Assembly (NCBI RefSeq): GCF_902459465.1
Contig: NC_047068.1
Location: 1,736,001-1,800,000 of the forward strand
DNA length: 64,000 bases
From: Asterias rubens
Lineage: Eukaryota
Direction of reading: 5' to 3'
Below are positions 35,703 through 49,229 of this stretch, one piece after another. The position numbers were made by a program, and so were the translations under genes. The notes under the pieces were generated by a model that had not been told where the DNA came from, did not search any database, and was given only the letters and a program-made list of their open reading frames with translations. The stretch's first letter is position 1; each line of letters begins with the position of its first letter.

Positions 35703-36068
35703 AGGCAGTGGACACTATTGGTGATTACTCAAAATAATTATCAGCATAAAACCTTATTTGGTAACGTGTAATGGGGAGCTGTTGATAGTATAAAACACTG
35801 TGAGAAATGGCTCCCTCTGAAATTACATAGTTTTCGAGAGAGAAGTAATGTTTTACGAATTTGATTTCGAGACCTCAGATTTAGAATTCGTGGTCCCGAA
35901 ATCAAGCATCGGAAAGCACACAACTTCGTGTGACAAGGGTGGTTCTTTTTTCATTATTATCTCGCAACTTCGGTGACCGATTGAGCTCAAATTTTCAATG
36001 TATATGTTGAGATACACCACGTGAGAAGACTGGTCTTCGACAGTTACAAAATATAGTGTCCACTGTCT
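35703..36068 (+). mobile_element. Kolobok-like MITE family A
   Basis: TTAA flanks at 35699-35702 and 36069-36072. Confidence 0.85.
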
Positions 36069-36637
36069 TTAAGATACAAAGTCTCTGCCAAGTAAAGCTG
36101 AAAACAAATCAATTGTTGCTTTCTCGAAAATCGCCCTTGGAGATGAAATGTCAAAGGTTTGTCAAAGTACGTAAACGGTGTCCAGTCACCATTTTTGTAA
36201 AAGTATATATTTTTATAAAAACCCATAGAGGTGTTTTTGCATTAAAATATCTAACCTCAATATTGTCGGTATATCAAATTATAAACAACAACAGCCAAGT
36301 CCACCTGCACGTGACTAATCACATCAAACGCTGTTTGGCTAAGAGGTTACTGACCAAACATGTTTTCCATAGGACTTAATCTAAATTTAGGATCTGGGAT
36401 TTAAGCTACAATCTTTTATGATTTGCCGTTTTTTATTTGTCCACTTCAGATGGAGGGATTTTGTGTTTTCCCGCCGGTCCTCCCCGGGCAGTGGGATGTC
36501 GATTCCGGCGCGTTTATTCTCACTCGGTTTCAAAAGGAAACTTATCTCGTAAGTGGAAACTGCCACCGGCCAAAAAACAGGATTTCATCTCGTACTAAGA
36601 TATAAAATGACGTACGTGGGGAAAATGTTAGCCTTAA

Positions 36638-37020
36638 AGGAACACGTTGCCTTGGATCGGATGAGTTGGTCTATAAAAAGCGTTTGAAACCGTTTGTTAT
36701 GAAATGCATATGGTTGGAAAGATGTTTTAAAAGTAGAATATAATGATCCACACAAGTATCACTCAAAATTGCACGGTTTTCATTTTACGTCGCGAACTAA
36801 CACGGTCGGCCATTTATGGGAGTCAATAACTTGACTCCCATAAATGGCCGACCGTGTTAGTCGACGAGGTAAAAAGAAAACCACGCAATTTCAAGGCATA
36901 TTTGTGTAGGTCATTGTATTCTACTTTTACAACATCTTTCTAACCATATCGATTTTATAACAAACGGTTACAGAACGCTTTTCAAAGACCAACTCGACCG
37001 ATCCAAGGCAACTTGTTCCT
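36638..37020. mobile_element. Kolobok-like MITE family K with central 30-bp perfect hairpin
   Basis: About 34-bp TIR AGGAACA(C/A)GTTGCCTTGGATCGG..GAGTTGGTC; TTAA on both sides. Confidence 0.9.
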
Positions 37021-39179
37021 TTAAGTTGCACAAATTGAATTACCCTTTGAAGATAACTCACTGGTATCCGTTATTATGTTACCAGGGAAACTCATAACAT
37101 CTAGTCCAATTTCGATGATTTTAATTGACTAATATTCTGATATGGGAGAAATGGGGCACTGGGAACAAACTGCGGTTTCAATAATGTACTTAGATGGTAC
37201 TTAAGTGACTTTGGGAACAATGTCCCTGCAGTAGTTTAGTAACTCGACTGTGAAGCTATGGATTTTAATTCAGGACATGTTTATTGTCGATGGACATGTT
37301 TATTGTCGATGGACAAGTCTGGGACTTGTCTAGAATCGGCTATTTGCAGGATGCAATTATTTGAGTGTGGGCAACAGTATGATTAATGTCTATCTTGTTT
37401 TTTTACACTACATGAGCGAAGCATCTCTCTTGGGAACGAAGTTGCAAGATTGAAAAATTAACACCTGAAGGTGGATGCTCTGATAGTGGTCAGATGGGAA
37501 CGAGGATACGATATCTCTGCGAGTTCGTTGGCATTTAACCATTTGGAATTTCGATATCCAACAATCACCAAGCTTTAGATTAAAAGGATTGTCCAGATAA
37601 AAAAATAGTAAGCCGATGCTTATAGTGTATCAGTATTCGGCAGCCAACACTGAGTTCGCTACCGGTACAAATCAACTAAATCCCTAGGCCTTCCTCTGTC
37701 TGTTGACACAAAGAAAGTGTCAGCAACGTCATGCACAGTATCTCGGGCACAATTTGAAGCAACCCTTCTCAAAAATGACTGTGTTCATGACTGCCTTTTC
37801 TGGTACGTTAAAAATTGAAGCTTCCTTCTAGTTTTCTAAAAGAGGAGGGTATACATTTGGTAATCTACAAAAGTTAATGACAATAGAAACGTTTTGAATG
37901 AGAAGCACTGCAGCTGTTGGTTAACATTAATGTGATTTTAGAGAGGGGGATTCATAAACATTTCAATCTACAGATCGTAGGCCCACTCCCACTCCGATTT
38001 GTCTTCCTGCGTGGACAATCATCATAGGTCTACTAGTGAACCAGTTGTTCGGCAACTTCTCACAATAAATGGTACCACCTTTTGCAATGAAATTGTCACA
38101 GTTTAGCTTCATTGTATGGTTGTAGGATTAAAAGAATCGAACGATTTCAAATATACCAAATGTGTATCTTGCCTTTAAAAAAATGCTTGCATTTGGATTG
38201 AGGTTTTCAGCCCCTGATTGCATGGGTACTCATTTTCGTTTCATATTGTTCGGAAGGTCCTGCATCTCAGTGAAAATCATATTTCAAATCTAATAACATT
38301 TGGTGTCGTTCAGTCAAAATCCTTTGCGGATAAGCCCATTATGTATGTGACTAAAACCTTGACTAACGGGAGCTGCTACACGTTAGTCGGCAAGAAGGCG
38401 TTTACGCCCCCGTGCATGCTGTGTCATATTCATTGATTTCGCGCCATATCTTTTTGTAAATTCAAAACACAACCTCTTTTCCCACGTAATTAAATCGCCA
38501 CCACATAGACCATACTTCAATTACAGTAAAAAAAAACTTAACAAAAAATCCATATGGCGTATGCCTGAAAGCAAATAAATCAATTATTGCATCTTTCTAA
38601 AAGGGGGGCAGTCATCTTTGATTTGAATGAATAGCGTAGCAACAGTCTTCTGCATTCGCGTGCCACCATTGTCTGCTCACACGGTATTTTCTCGCCCAAG
38701 CACAGCTTTGTAAATGTCACACGGTTGAAATGTCAAGGGGTGACTTCAGAATCTTGCCATAGCAAGGCTGTATAAATAACGTAGCATCCAGTTTCGAATT
38801 ATAATGCCCAGGAGCTGTATCTCAACCAACATCACAGGCTTGTTATTTCCACTGTCAGCCCTCCACTTTCCTTACGTGCCTCACTCTAAGCTATTTGTGT
38901 TTTGCTATTCATGATCAGTGCCAAGCATATAGCCATGTTCATTTATATAAGCGAGGACTCCTGCGGTTTTAAATTTGAGACGTTACGTACGCCATGCATG
39001 CAGTGAGTGACACTTGACTGTACACAGGTCGTGTGACTACGCACGCGACTCGTGTTATTTTAGGCACGCGTACTAAACAGCCTTGTATTGGAAGTTTTTT
39101 GCTGCACACGACCTTTCTCTCTTCTACGGAAGCTTATTGCAGCCACATGGACAAAACATACCTCTTAAAATATCTCTTA

Positions 39180-39430
39180 TAACTGTGTACGTACACGACA
39201 ACTGCTTACGTACACTATAACTGTTTACGTACACTAACTGTTTACGTACACGATAACTGTGTACGAACACAACAATTCCCAACCTATCGTGTCCGTCTGT
39301 ATGTTGAAGTTACTTGTACATAATTATTGGGTATGCACGATCGTGTATGTACGTACACGATATCGTGTACGTGTACGTACATACACGATAATTATCGTGC
39401 ACGTACACGATAAGAGCGACAGTACGATTC
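39180..39430. repeat. CpG-rich GTACACGA/TCGTGTAC degenerate tandem and palindromic array
   Basis: Repeated taactg(t)ttacgtacac units, then a mirrored cgtgtatgtacgtacacg segment. Confidence 0.7.
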
Positions 39431-41010
39431 CGTGTACTCTTCGAGAAATAGTTGAGTTCTTGATTGATAGTTTATTATCTAGGCCTACGTCTTCCCATCA
39501 TCACCACATGCCTATCTGTTTGCTGACGTGCGAGATCAACTCGTGTACTCATCATTTATAATAGGCTAGTTTGCTGTTGTGGTTGTGACCATTTTTATCA
39601 ACTAAAAATACAAAATAAACATATACAAACCTGAAGTTACTATTCACTCTAAGACCTTTCCAACTTGTTATGTAATCAGTTCAATTATTATTAAGCTAAA
39701 TAACAGGTAAACTACAATACCCAGTGATAATTAGCAACATCACAAGCTGGAAATCTAGGTAGGAGCATCTCATCAAACAGCAGGGGCCAACTTCATAGAG
39801 CTGCTAAAGCAAAAAATTTGCTTAAGCACGAAAATAGCTTGCTAATTTTACACATGTTACTGGCCAAAATGTTATGCCATATACATTGCTTGTGACTGGT
39901 ATTTAGCTGTTGTTTACCTAGCAAAACAATTGAGTGGAGTCTTGGCCGGTAATCTGATTTTACTAAGCAAGGATTTTTTTGCTTTAGCAAAATTTTGTGC
40001 TTAAGCAGCTCTATGAAATTGGGCCCAGTTCTTATTCCCATCTGAAACAAAAAGCTAACAATTTAAACACATAAAATAGATCCTAGGTCATGTTGGCTGG
40101 CACAGAGAGAGCTTTAGAAGCCCCAGAGCATGATGAACGTGTCAACATGTTGACAACCCATCTATTGCTTTACACAGAACCTCTAGTTGGAATTAACTTA
40201 TGTTTTGTCTGAAGTGAAGCTGCTCATGACGTCATCACCTCATCTATTTTTAGACCAATGTCGTTTACATGACGCGTGGAATTTAACGTGTTAGTTTTAT
40301 TCGGCGGGAAAATGGAAGAAGTCTCTTCGGGGTTTGGTTGTTTGTGATTAAAAAAGGGTCAAATGCTGGATGTTTTCCTTCGATATGAGGATGGGTTAAC
40401 CCCAGGGATATTTGTCATAACAAAACGGGTCAGCATTAGAACGGTATCTTCTCATTTACCAATTGGTGTCCCTCAGCAGTATCTAAAAGGCCATGACTCA
40501 GAAACAATATCAAAACATCAACAGAAAACAGGTATTCGTTATGTATTTTCAGGGGACATGTTTTGCAAAAAGGGGATTCAAAACAGATAGAAATGTGGGC
40601 CAAAATATCCGATGATGAATGTTATTAAAGTTTGCCATAACAACGACATGATATCAGGATTCCACAATTATCATTTGATCCGCATTACGATATGCTATAA
40701 CATGCGCTCTTCCTTTAGCATAGTATTCATAGGTCCCAATCATTTTTTTTTAAATGGAGACACTGAAAAATAATTCCGTCTAAAACAGTCTCAAAGCTGA
40801 AATAACATCAGATCATAAAAACCCTTAAAACCACTGTTGATTATTTGACTTGTTGCAAAAGAAATTATATCAGTAAAAACATCCCAAACAAAAGGTGCAA
40901 AAGAGGTTGATGAGAGTTTTTCACAAATTGGTTGGTTGTATGTGACTGAAGACCGGAGAGGACTTGAGTTAAATTATTCACAGAAAACCAATGATTTACT
41001 TTCCCTTTAA

Positions 41011-41372
41011 AGGGAAGGTACACGTTTTGTAATTGTCAAAGACCAGTGTTCTGACTTGGTGTATCCCATCATAAGCAAAAAATTACAAGCCTGTGGAAAT
41101 TTTGGCTCAATCGGTCATCGAAGTTGCGAGAAAATGATTAAAGAAAAAACACCTTGTTGGACGAATTTGTGTGCTTTCACATAGGAATAAAAGACTTCTA
41201 GCGTCTTTTATATTTTAGTGAGAAATTACCTCTTTCTCAAAAACTACGTTACTTCAGAGGGAGTTGTTTCCCACAATGTGTTATATCGGTCAACAGCTCT
41301 CCAATGCTCGTTACTAAGTCAGTTTTTAAGTTAATATTTGTTTTGAGTTAATACCAAACGTGTACCTTCCCT
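41011..41372 (-). mobile_element. Kolobok-like MITE: family A body with AGGGAAGGTACACGTTT TIRs
   Basis: TTAA flanks at 41007-41010 and 41373-41376. Confidence 0.85.
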
Positions 41373-42008
41373 TTAAACCATTTAGTTAAAATTGATTGAA
41401 GTTATGTGTAGCCACTTTTTATAATTCCTTGTAATTCCTCTTAATTAGATAACTAATTACCACGCAATATTTGAGCCATTGAGAGCTACATGCCTCGGCA
41501 GTTCCCTAACCTACATTTGAGCCAACCAAATTTAGGCATAAGGGAATAACAAACCTTTGACATAATGTCACTAACAGAATGTCCAGATATACTTTTCAAA
41601 ATTCTGACAGGGATATTTAGTCAGAGAACTATTTATTCAAATTTACCATTAGTCTCAGTTTTCGTGAAAATCACAGTGAAAATTCAGTCTAATTTTATAG
41701 GCCTAATGATTAATTTAATTAGTAAAGCTGGGTGTACATATTTGTTTCTGTGCAGAAACTCTTTATCAACATACAATCCTTTTGCTTCCCAGCGACCATG
41801 GCTGGCTGGCAAGTACATGCACTTTGACTTGACCAAGGAGGAAGCATCCGTGCTAAGACTAAGAGCTTTACCGGATAACGAGGCTATGCTAAACAACAGT
41901 CCTGCAAAATATTCCCAGCACCCACTCTGTTGAATTAATCACATATTAAAGTATCCCATTACAGAAGCGGTCAATACCTATGTATAAATAGGTTCCTTGA
42001 TGAATTAA

Positions 42009-42305
42009 AGGCACTGGACAATATTGGTTATTATTCAAAAAAATCGTTGGCATACAAATTTACCTGTTAACGAACAATGGAGAGCTGTTGATAGTTTAAA
42101 ACATTGTGAGAAACAGCTCCCTCTGAAGTAACGTAGTTTTTGAGAAAGAGGTTTAATTTCTCACTCAAATACTATGCCTACAAGATTTGTATTTGGCATC
42201 TAAAAGCACACACATTATTTTGTGCAATTTTATGCATATATTGTGATACAACCAAGTGAGAACACTGGTCTTTGGCAATAACCAAATAAAAGGTGTCCAG
42301 TGCCT
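42009..42305 (+). mobile_element. Kolobok-like MITE family A variant
   Basis: TTAA|AGGCACTGGACA ... GTGTCCAGTGCCT|TTAA. Confidence 0.8.
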
Positions 42306-42890
42306 TTAAAGAATCGAGACCACGTATAGGTATTCAGAATGAATAAAGCATGGACCCTGTTCACACAGAGTGACCTTTTCCTTTGCACACGTTTATGACA
42401 GCCATTTGCAAATTATTATTCACCGTTGTAAATTTAGCTCATGATTTAAAGCAAAAATCTTTTCGTTCGTTGTTCTCGAAAATCCTTGTTATTTTTGTTG
42501 CCATATTTCTATTTTAATATACGTTGGTTATCTCTTCCAATTAATGACAATAAAACACCTTTGGTTGGAAGCATACAGCAGCTTTCGATTGTTTGTAGCT
42601 TTTGAGTAACATCATTTCACTTTGGAGTAATATGGTTGTGTAAAAAGAGTCAGTTTTTATGCCCCCAAATATGAAACTGAGAAGCGTCACTGCAGTAACG
42701 CTTCTCGGATTGCTATGTTGGGGTTATTTGTCCTGCGTGGATATATTATTCGCTCCGGATTTTTGGCGATATCTCCTTCAAAAACCCGATCACCTTTTGA
42801 GATGAATTTTCACATGTTAGTTTGATTGCATAAGAGTTTACCATTTTGGAGGAAAATTAATTGAAAACAAAAACAAAAAGCAGCCTTTAA

Positions 42891-43187
42891 ATGCACTGGA
42901 CACTATTGGTAATTACTCAACGTCATTGTAGCATTAACACTTTCTTGGTAACGAGTAATGGGGAGCTGCTGGTAGTATAAAACAGAAAGAGAAAGAGGTA
43001 ATTTCTCACTCAAAATATTTAGGCATCTGAAAGCTCACAAATTATTTGTGCAACATTTTTTTCGTTCAATATTCCCTTGCAATATCGATGACCAGTGTGT
43101 CAACATTTTCATAGTTTGTTATTTTATGCATATGTTGGGAAACACCAAGTGAGAAGACTGGTCTTTGCCATTTGGTGTACGTCGCCT
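42891..43187 (+). mobile_element. Kolobok-like MITE family A variant, degenerate
   Basis: Follows TTAA 42887-42890, which closes an upstream family C element. Confidence 0.7.
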
Positions 43188-43479
43188 TTAAGAAATTATT
43201 TACTTATTACATGCCTGTACGTAGACTGATGTTTTTACACAAATATTTGCAACCAAATGTTGTTGATGTTTTGGCGGGCAATATGAATTGTAAACAAAGT
43301 CAAACGCAGCCTTTAACAAAGAAAAATCCACAGCAAGGTTATTACAGACATGGGTTTGGGCATAAACAACGTCAAGTATTTACCTTCTCAACACTCAATC
43401 AAGCATATGCGTTCGTGCATCACTCTATACGTCAGCAAGTCCAGCATTACTAATGTGTCTGCTATTATGAGGGGGCGGA

Positions 43480-43570
43480 CCCAGAGTACGATGTTTATGG
43501 GGGCGTCGCGGACCCAGAATACGATGTTTATGGGGGCGTTGCGGACCCAGAATACGATGTTTATGGGGTC
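43480..43570. repeat. 33-bp minisatellite, about 3 copies
   Basis: gcggacccagaatacgatgtttatgggggcgt. Confidence 0.85.
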
Positions 43571-45101
43571 GTAATTTCATCCCCTCCGAATAGGAAGCAG
43601 GGTAGGCAGACAGTTAATAAATTGTGGATGTAGGATGGACAAAGAAGCAATTAGGTAAAAAGCACAGAGCTTCAAAAGCCTTGTATGGTTGAGCTTAGGC
43701 CTACATCAGTTGGGTAATAACGGTAGCGTTTAGATTCGTTTAAGTCGTCTAAGGGGAAACCCGAGTAATGACAGTGAAGGTTTATTTTAGGATAATTAAA
43801 TCGTTTGATTATAGCTACCATGATGAATGTTAAGTAGTAGTGATAACACCTTAATACCATATAAAAAAAACGAAGTTATGAATTATAAAATCACACGAAC
43901 ATTGGTCGTGAAATTTCATCCCGTTGAATTGATCTTCTCTGGCACCATTCTGAGAAAACATTAGGTTAAATTTGACATGCTAAACGGCGGTATGACCGAT
44001 CTCGTAATTGCTTAGTAGGTCTGTGTATTTTCACTGTTTGATCAACAACTACTCGGTGAAATGAGTTGATAAATCACTTGATCAATTTGGGGGAAGTTCG
44101 TCTTCTCCGCTTTTTTAAACACCATACTTAACCATTTTTCTTTGAGAAATGGAACCAATAAATGACATGCAGCACATACCCCAGTAAAGCATACATGTTA
44201 AAATGTGTATACACTGTGGAAAGGGGTTGCAATACTATTAGCTGCACCCGCCTGAATAGTCTATAAGCCTCTTTACTTCCAATATTAAACAATAATAACA
44301 TAAGAAGCACGCAGCAGAAAATCAAACCTAAACATGACAAAATAAAAATAGGTTGTCCAAACAAGTAATGAAGCCAGCATAATTTACAAACAAATGAGAT
44401 ATTGGGGGTGAAATCTAAGCCAAACTCTTTAAAAAAAAATTATTTTTTATTTTTATTGGAGCCACGTACTAGGAAATCCCCCAAATGGCGCGTTTCCAAA
44501 CACCAAATAAGCTGCGATCAGAAAAGACGCACCACGTTATCATGTGTATTTTTATCGTTGTTGCCTGTTTTGATTAAATTTCCATTGGTCGGTTGGGGCT
44601 GATGATTTGTTCACTGAAACTAATGGACTTGAATATATTGGCTCTTTAAAAATCAATGGTGCATAACTCCTTGACTACCTGAACTAAATATCATTCAGAT
44701 TAGACTGTAGTTGTGAAACCTCTTAATTATCGTTAGCAGTAAGACAAATACAATCCTACCAGTAGCCTAGCCTATATAACAATTTTTTTGTATGGTTTAA
44801 TAATTTCATCAAACCTAATTAAAAAGACACTAGCGGTGAAAAATAAGGAAAAATGCGGTAGTTGATACAATATAAAGCAGTAAACGACAAAATGCACGAA
44901 CAAAACCACGAAGATAAAAGTGCAAATGACCCAAAATTACACGAAAGACAATCTTATCCCAGTACTGTCCCTGGTTGGTTATAATTCGCAAATCTTGGTC
45001 ACTGACATGGAACCTAACTAGACTATAAAAACTACTAAAACAGAGGGCAAATGTTCCAATAACTTTGAGTTATTGTGAGAGACACCTTTAGCCTTCACTA
45101 A

Positions 45102-45420
45102 AGGGAAGGATACGATTGGTAACCACTCTTAAAATCAATGGCAATAAACACTTTAGGTTGTAGAAGCCTACAGCAGCTTTCGATAATGTGGTTATGTAAA
45201 AAATATATAAGTTTTTTGCCCCATAATTTGAATCTGAGAAGCGTTACTGAAATAACGGTTCTCAGATTGCGTAGTTTCCTATTTATTAGGGATTATTCTT
45301 CATGCCTAAACATAATTCACTCCGGATTTTCGGCGATAATTCAAAAAACGAGACCACCTGTAGAAATAAAATTTCCACAAGATATTTTTATCATGATATT
45401 CATTAACATAGGATCAACAC
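45102..45420 (+). mobile_element. Kolobok-like MITE family C (AGGGAAGGTATACG left end)
   Basis: ctcttaaaat(c/t)aatggcaataa and gagaagcgttactg body shared with about 1240-1505 (-), 25860-26130, 29220-29441, 42520-42886, 47718-48230. Confidence 0.65.
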
Positions 45421-45512
45421 TATAAGCCTTTTTGAGGTATTGCGAATGTGATAGAAGATGTACGGTTTTGTTTGGGTGTTGGATACAGACAGATTTACCC
45501 AAACCTTATAGT

Positions 45513-45519
<7 letters not shown>

Positions 45520-45546
<27 letters not shown>

Positions 45547-45670
45547 CCATTCTTATATAGCGCATATCACCGTGAGGTCCCTATGCCCTGTAAAGGGAAA
45601 TCAACAATTATTGTACAAAGGAAACAGATATGTTTTCAACCGGGTTTTGAATTGTTCTGATGTCTGTGTT
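45520..45670 (-). mobile_element. L2-like LINE 3' end with (TAT)n tail
   Basis: Reverse strand FKTRLKTYLF then gcgctatataag tail; similar at about 47890-48050. Confidence 0.6.
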
Positions 45671-46444
45671 GTGTGTCCGCCGTCTCAAAGGCTATTGGAA
45701 CGGTTAGAAAAAACGAAGTTACACTTTGCCTTTAATCAATGAATCATTTATCATTTTAAAATTATGTATTTCAGGTTTAGGCCTAGGATAGCATTGCTTG
45801 ACATTTTACGCTTTAATTTACCAGCATAATATAGTGTATAATAGCAGTAGGTAGACAGTATTATAATTCATTAAGCAAAGCTCGAATGGCTGTGCGTATA
45901 TATTCCTTGTTGGAGACCTTTACGGGGCAACATAGAGGCCTAGTACGTCTCCACTTATCATAATATCCTCATGGCTCCTCTATGGCCTGCAATACCCAAA
46001 GGGCATTGTTTAATGTCTGGCTTCAAAAGACTCAAATTAAATCGGTAATTTATGCGGCAGCGTCGCCTTTTCCACAATAAGAAAAAAAAAGTATCGACAA
46101 AACGAAAACTACTTCCGGATAAGATCACGTGATGGAGCCAAACAGGAAGACATGGTGTCTAACGTCACATGTATGACGTCAGCAAGAAATTGCTGTTACA
46201 CAAAATAGACTGAATCTCATGGTAGCTAATGTGGCCCTGCAGTGCTTAAGTCTCATCCACATTAAAGAAGAAAACCCAGTAATGTATTGGCCTCCATGAT
46301 GATGGATGTAGATATAATGGATTCACGATGTAGAATTTTCACTAAGAGTTACTGTCACACGAACTGAACCCAAGGCGTGGGAGATTAATGGAGATTATAC
46401 AACTTGGGCCTAGCTCAGTTATATGGCTACAAAATCCGTTTTAA

Positions 46445-46817
46445 AGGCAGTGGACATATTATTGGTAACTACTTAATTATTAGCATAAAACCTTACTTGG
46501 TAACGAGTAATATATAGGGAGAGGTTGATAGTATAAAACATTGTGAGAAACGGCTCCCTCTGAAGTGATGTAGTTTTCGAGAAAGAAGTAATTTTCCACG
46601 AATTTTATTTCGAGACCTCAGATTTACTGAGAATTTGAGGTCTCGAAATCAAGCATCTGAATGCACACAACTTCGTGTGACAAGGGTGTTTTTTCTTTCA
46701 TTATTATCTCGCAACTTCGACGACCAAATGAGCTCAAATTTGCACAGGTTTGTTATTTTTTTGCATATGTTGAGATACACCAAGTGAGAAGACTGGTCTT
46801 TGACAATTACCAATAGT
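46445..46817 (+). mobile_element. Kolobok-like MITE family A, right TIR truncated
   Basis: TTAA|AGGCAGTGGACA and full body. Confidence 0.85.
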
Positions 46818-49229
46818 ATATGTAAATAGCTGCTATGAATATACTTTTATTTTACACGTGGAAATTTCACTAAGAACACAAAAAGCAACAAAGAACTTAA
46901 TTATAGACTGGACAATACTCCTGGTCAAGATGTTTTTTGAATTGTCCAAAGATTTAAAACAAATAAATAGTAAGTGGTTTCCTATATTTAGAAAGGATAT
47001 TATTTCGTCTTTAAGACTCTTCGAAGTGAAGGACCCTGTTTTGGTCAATGCTTGTTTGTTTTTCTAACTGCAAGGGATGTACCAATATTCTGCTGCGGGG
47101 GAAATTGCCGGATATTACCACTGAACGGTACATAAAATAACAAACGTGAACTATAGACCTATATTCCAATGCACCAAGTTTCCAGGTGAAAAGGTCATTT
47201 GGTTTAAGATCTCAAATGAAATCATATAAAATCTGTAAAGGCTGCCTAGCTTTCTGAAATTCAGAATCATTTAAATTGTTGTATCCTTTGATTTACACAT
47301 ATTCATTTGACTTTTATTTTTATTATTATTATATATACTATAGCCTTTAAATGATGTGGGTACTTTTTGTGACACAAACCACAATGTCCACAGATTTACA
47401 TTAAACTAACATTGTTTGAAGATAATGATAGTAGAAAGCGTACTTTAAAATATTAAGGGCTGAAGTGCTGTAGTTTTTGAGAAATGAGTAAACCAATGTC
47501 ATGAAAATACGTTTTTACATGCTAAAAAAATTCTCGTCTCATGATCACTGAGGTGAAAATTATTTTCATGAAGATGATTAAAAAACTACAGCACCTCAGC
47601 AAGTAATATTTTTAGGGAAGCTTTCTTCTATCATTATCTTCAAACTGTGTAAGTTTAATTTAAATCTGTGGACATTGTGGGTTTTTTTTTACTACAACAA
47701 ATACATAGACCCTTTAAAGGGAAGGTATACGTTTGGTTATCACTCTCTAAATTAATGGAAATATTAACATTTGGTTTGAAGCATACAGCACCGTATGATA
47801 GTTAAAGCATTTTGAGATTAATTTCACTTCGAAGTAATGAGGTTACGAAAAAAAGATAACAGTTATTATGCCTACAATTTGAATGATGAACCATTTTTGT
47901 AGAGCGCATATCACAATCACAGAGAAGTCCCTATGCGCTTGAAGTTAATAGAGATGTGAAGTAAATACATAAGCAAAATTTAGTTCATACAGAAAGTACT
48001 GAAGGCTATTGCAAAAATAAATGTGTTTTTAACTTTGTCTCAAATAAATTCACTGTTTGAGCTTGTATTATGGTGTCCGGAAGAATATGAGAAGCGTTAC
48101 CGCGAAACGCTTTTCAGATTGTGTATTCACACAAGGATTATTCTTCATGTGTGGACATTCGCTCTGGATATTCGGCGATCTCAAAAACTTGACCAATTGA
48201 AATGAAATTTCCAGATGATAGTTGTATTTTGTAGGGCCTACATCTACATTGCCTTAGGATTCGGTATCACAATTGTACCTCTTGTTGTATTTTTCATTTC
48301 CCAAAATTACAAAAACAAGATTCTTCAGTGTCACACTGTAATGCCACGCTCTGTCGAGCATTTACTGACCGATCCCATGTGTCCTGTATACGACCGTTAC
48401 ATCATCACCTTGTTGATCTCAGCCTGCCATGCAATAATTATTATTACCAACTGTCGATGTGTCAGTTGTAGCTATTACTACTTCTCAAATAAACATGAAC
48501 CCATCTTTGATTACACTGAGGTGTGAAATATCATTATAAGCGCCTATAGCATTGGGACGGGCCACACAGGGATCTCTTTATCATATTGATCGTCTGATGT
48601 TTATTGACTAAGAATAAAATATGCATGTCCATACAGCAGAGTGAAGACAGACGGTACAGCGTGCTCATAATGGCCAATCATTAACAGTTGGTCATCAGTT
48701 TCTTACTATATCAAAGTAATTTTCTTGATAAATAAACAAATAAAATACAATAAAAGCAGTCAAATTTGGTTATGATTTACATGTATTATTTTATATATTC
48801 CTGCATTTTAGTACCTAACTTAAACTTAACTTAACTTAAAGGCATTTATAAAGCGCTTTAACACTGTTTCAAAGCGCTGTACAGTCAAGAAAAACATTAA
48901 AATACAGGATTAAAAAACATGAGCAAAAATAGCAATATGGTTTTTAAAAAAAATACACAGCAGTTAAAAAAGTAGCAATTTAGTAAAAACCTTGCAATAC
49001 AAACATTCTTATTATACAGAATAAAATACAAAAAAATAAGCGTCAACGGACCCAGAGTGCATTTACCACGGTTTAGTCCAGTCTTCCACTATTTTTCACT
49101 GACCATCATTTGTCCTCACCGCTTTACTGCTGTTGGTTCATAGACCCCACATTGTTTGTTAAACTTTGGTTGCTATATTTTTCCCGTTTTTTTCTGGATA
49201 TCTTTCTCTAATCTTTTGCTCCTCTTTTT

